Source: Microbotryum violaceum (Eukaryota). From it: 64,000 bases of DNA. The DNA lies in assembly GCA_001244265.2 (NCBI GenBank), contig CDLV01000009.1, forward strand, positions 1,302,001 through 1,366,000. The letters run 5' to 3'. The position numbers and the translations under genes are program-made. Position 1 is the stretch's first letter. Each line of letters starts with the position of its first letter. Positions 63,094 through 64,000 of this stretch are shown in pieces. The notes beneath the pieces are model-generated. The model saw nothing but the letters and a program-made list of their open reading frames with translations. It had not been told where the DNA came from and made no database searches.

Positions 63094-63516
63094 CCAATAG
63101 GAGTTTTTTTTTCACTTCGGCCAAATCACGGTGCCCCCTCCCCCCCCCCCCTCCCCATTTTCGTTGAACAAACCTTCAGCTTTAGAGAGAGCTTCAGGGA
63201 TTCAGCTTTATTAGGGAGCTTCAGAGATTAGAACCAGAGCAGCTTCCGATTCTGAGCGTGCTTCGCACTGCCAGGCATTCGCTCCGCTAAGCGTCCACCA
63301 TCCGCAATAGTCGTTCTCACAGACATAGTCTTAGGACCACGACCACTTTATCTGCACACCGTACAAGGACCGACCCTCACATTCGCACCGGCTTCCGTTG
63401 TCCGCTTCACGCCAGCCGTGCGCGCCTCGCCCCACGTCGCACGAACAACCGCGTATCACTTCCGACTGGGCCTCATCACCCACCACCACCACCACTTCCA
63501 CCCTCCGCCCTCCACC

Positions 63517-64000
63517 ATGGCCCGTAATGAAGAGAAGTCGCAGTCGATGCTGTACCGATTCCGGGAGGCACAAGCCGCCGAACTGGGATTAGCGACCAAG
63601 ACCGATCGACGACCTCGTTTGGCCGCGTCGTGCAAGGATCTCAAGCAGTGCGAACGATGGAGGGGGGAAATCCTCAGGGAGATTAGTAGGAAGGTTTCCA
63701 AGATTCAGGATTGTGAGTTGTGAAGGCACGGCGGGAGCGAGCACGAAGGGGAGTCGAGGTCGTCGTGAGCTTCGTGAGCTGACACGCTATCGATCCCATC
63801 CCTCGTCCAGCGGGCTTGACGGACTACGAGGTTCGAGATCTCAACGACGAGATCAACAAGCTCTTGCGGGAGAAGCACCATTGGGAGAACCAGATCATCG
63901 CGTTGGGAGGCGCCAATTACAAGCGCGTCGGACTCGCGGGCCGCATGAAGGATGCCGATGGCAAGGATGTGCCGGGGACAAGAGGATACAAGTACGTTCA
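63517..64000 (+). CDS. ISY1: Pre-mRNA splicing factor Isy1, 5' part; runs off the right edge
   Basis: MARNEEKSQSMLYRFREAQ..CERWRGEILREISRKVSKIQD|.GLTDYEVRDLNDEINKLLREKHHWE..LGGANY. Confidence 0.96.

Larger units (their letters stand above)
57943..63130 (-). mobile_element. Full-length L1/Tx1-like non-LTR retrotransposon (LINE), about 5.2 kb
   Basis: ORF1 with two CCHC knuckles; ORF2 with APE, RT and a C-terminal CCHC. The 3' end is AAATAAAAAA on the minus strand, and GTG-C(3/5)-T-C(11/12) flanks both sides. Confidence 0.95.

Overview
Intron-rich, GC-rich eukaryotic DNA with short GT-AG introns and CTRAC-type branch points. Gene content points to a basidiomycete fungus, most like Pucciniomycotina/Microbotryomycetes (inference). 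Recognisable housekeeping genes are PEX3 (partial), a SUR7/PalI protein, a DUF4336-like protein, MCM6, ALE1-type MBOAT, a Bin3/BMC1 methyltransferase, an O-fucosyltransferase-like protein, an MFS transporter, TDP1, an alpha/beta hydrolase, NOP4, a pepsin-family protease, LCP5, mitochondrial S13 (SWS2) and ISY1 (partial). Three accessory zones interrupt them. (i) About 5.0-6.2 kb holds the RNase H/zinc-finger tail of an old non-LTR retrotransposon. (ii) About 32.7-37 kb holds relics, hairpins and a possible solo LTR. (iii) About 47.7-63.2 kb holds a tandem array of orphan seven-TM, GPCR-like genes (two apparently intact, one decayed, with a probable fourth relic at 33-34.6 kb), a decayed unknown gene, and a full-length L1/Tx1-like LINE flanked by a duplicated poly-C target. 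The best candidates for something undescribed are the orphan 7TM family and the apparent poly-G/C targeting of the LINE. Exon boundaries were read by eye and all homology calls rest on recalled motifs, not database searches.
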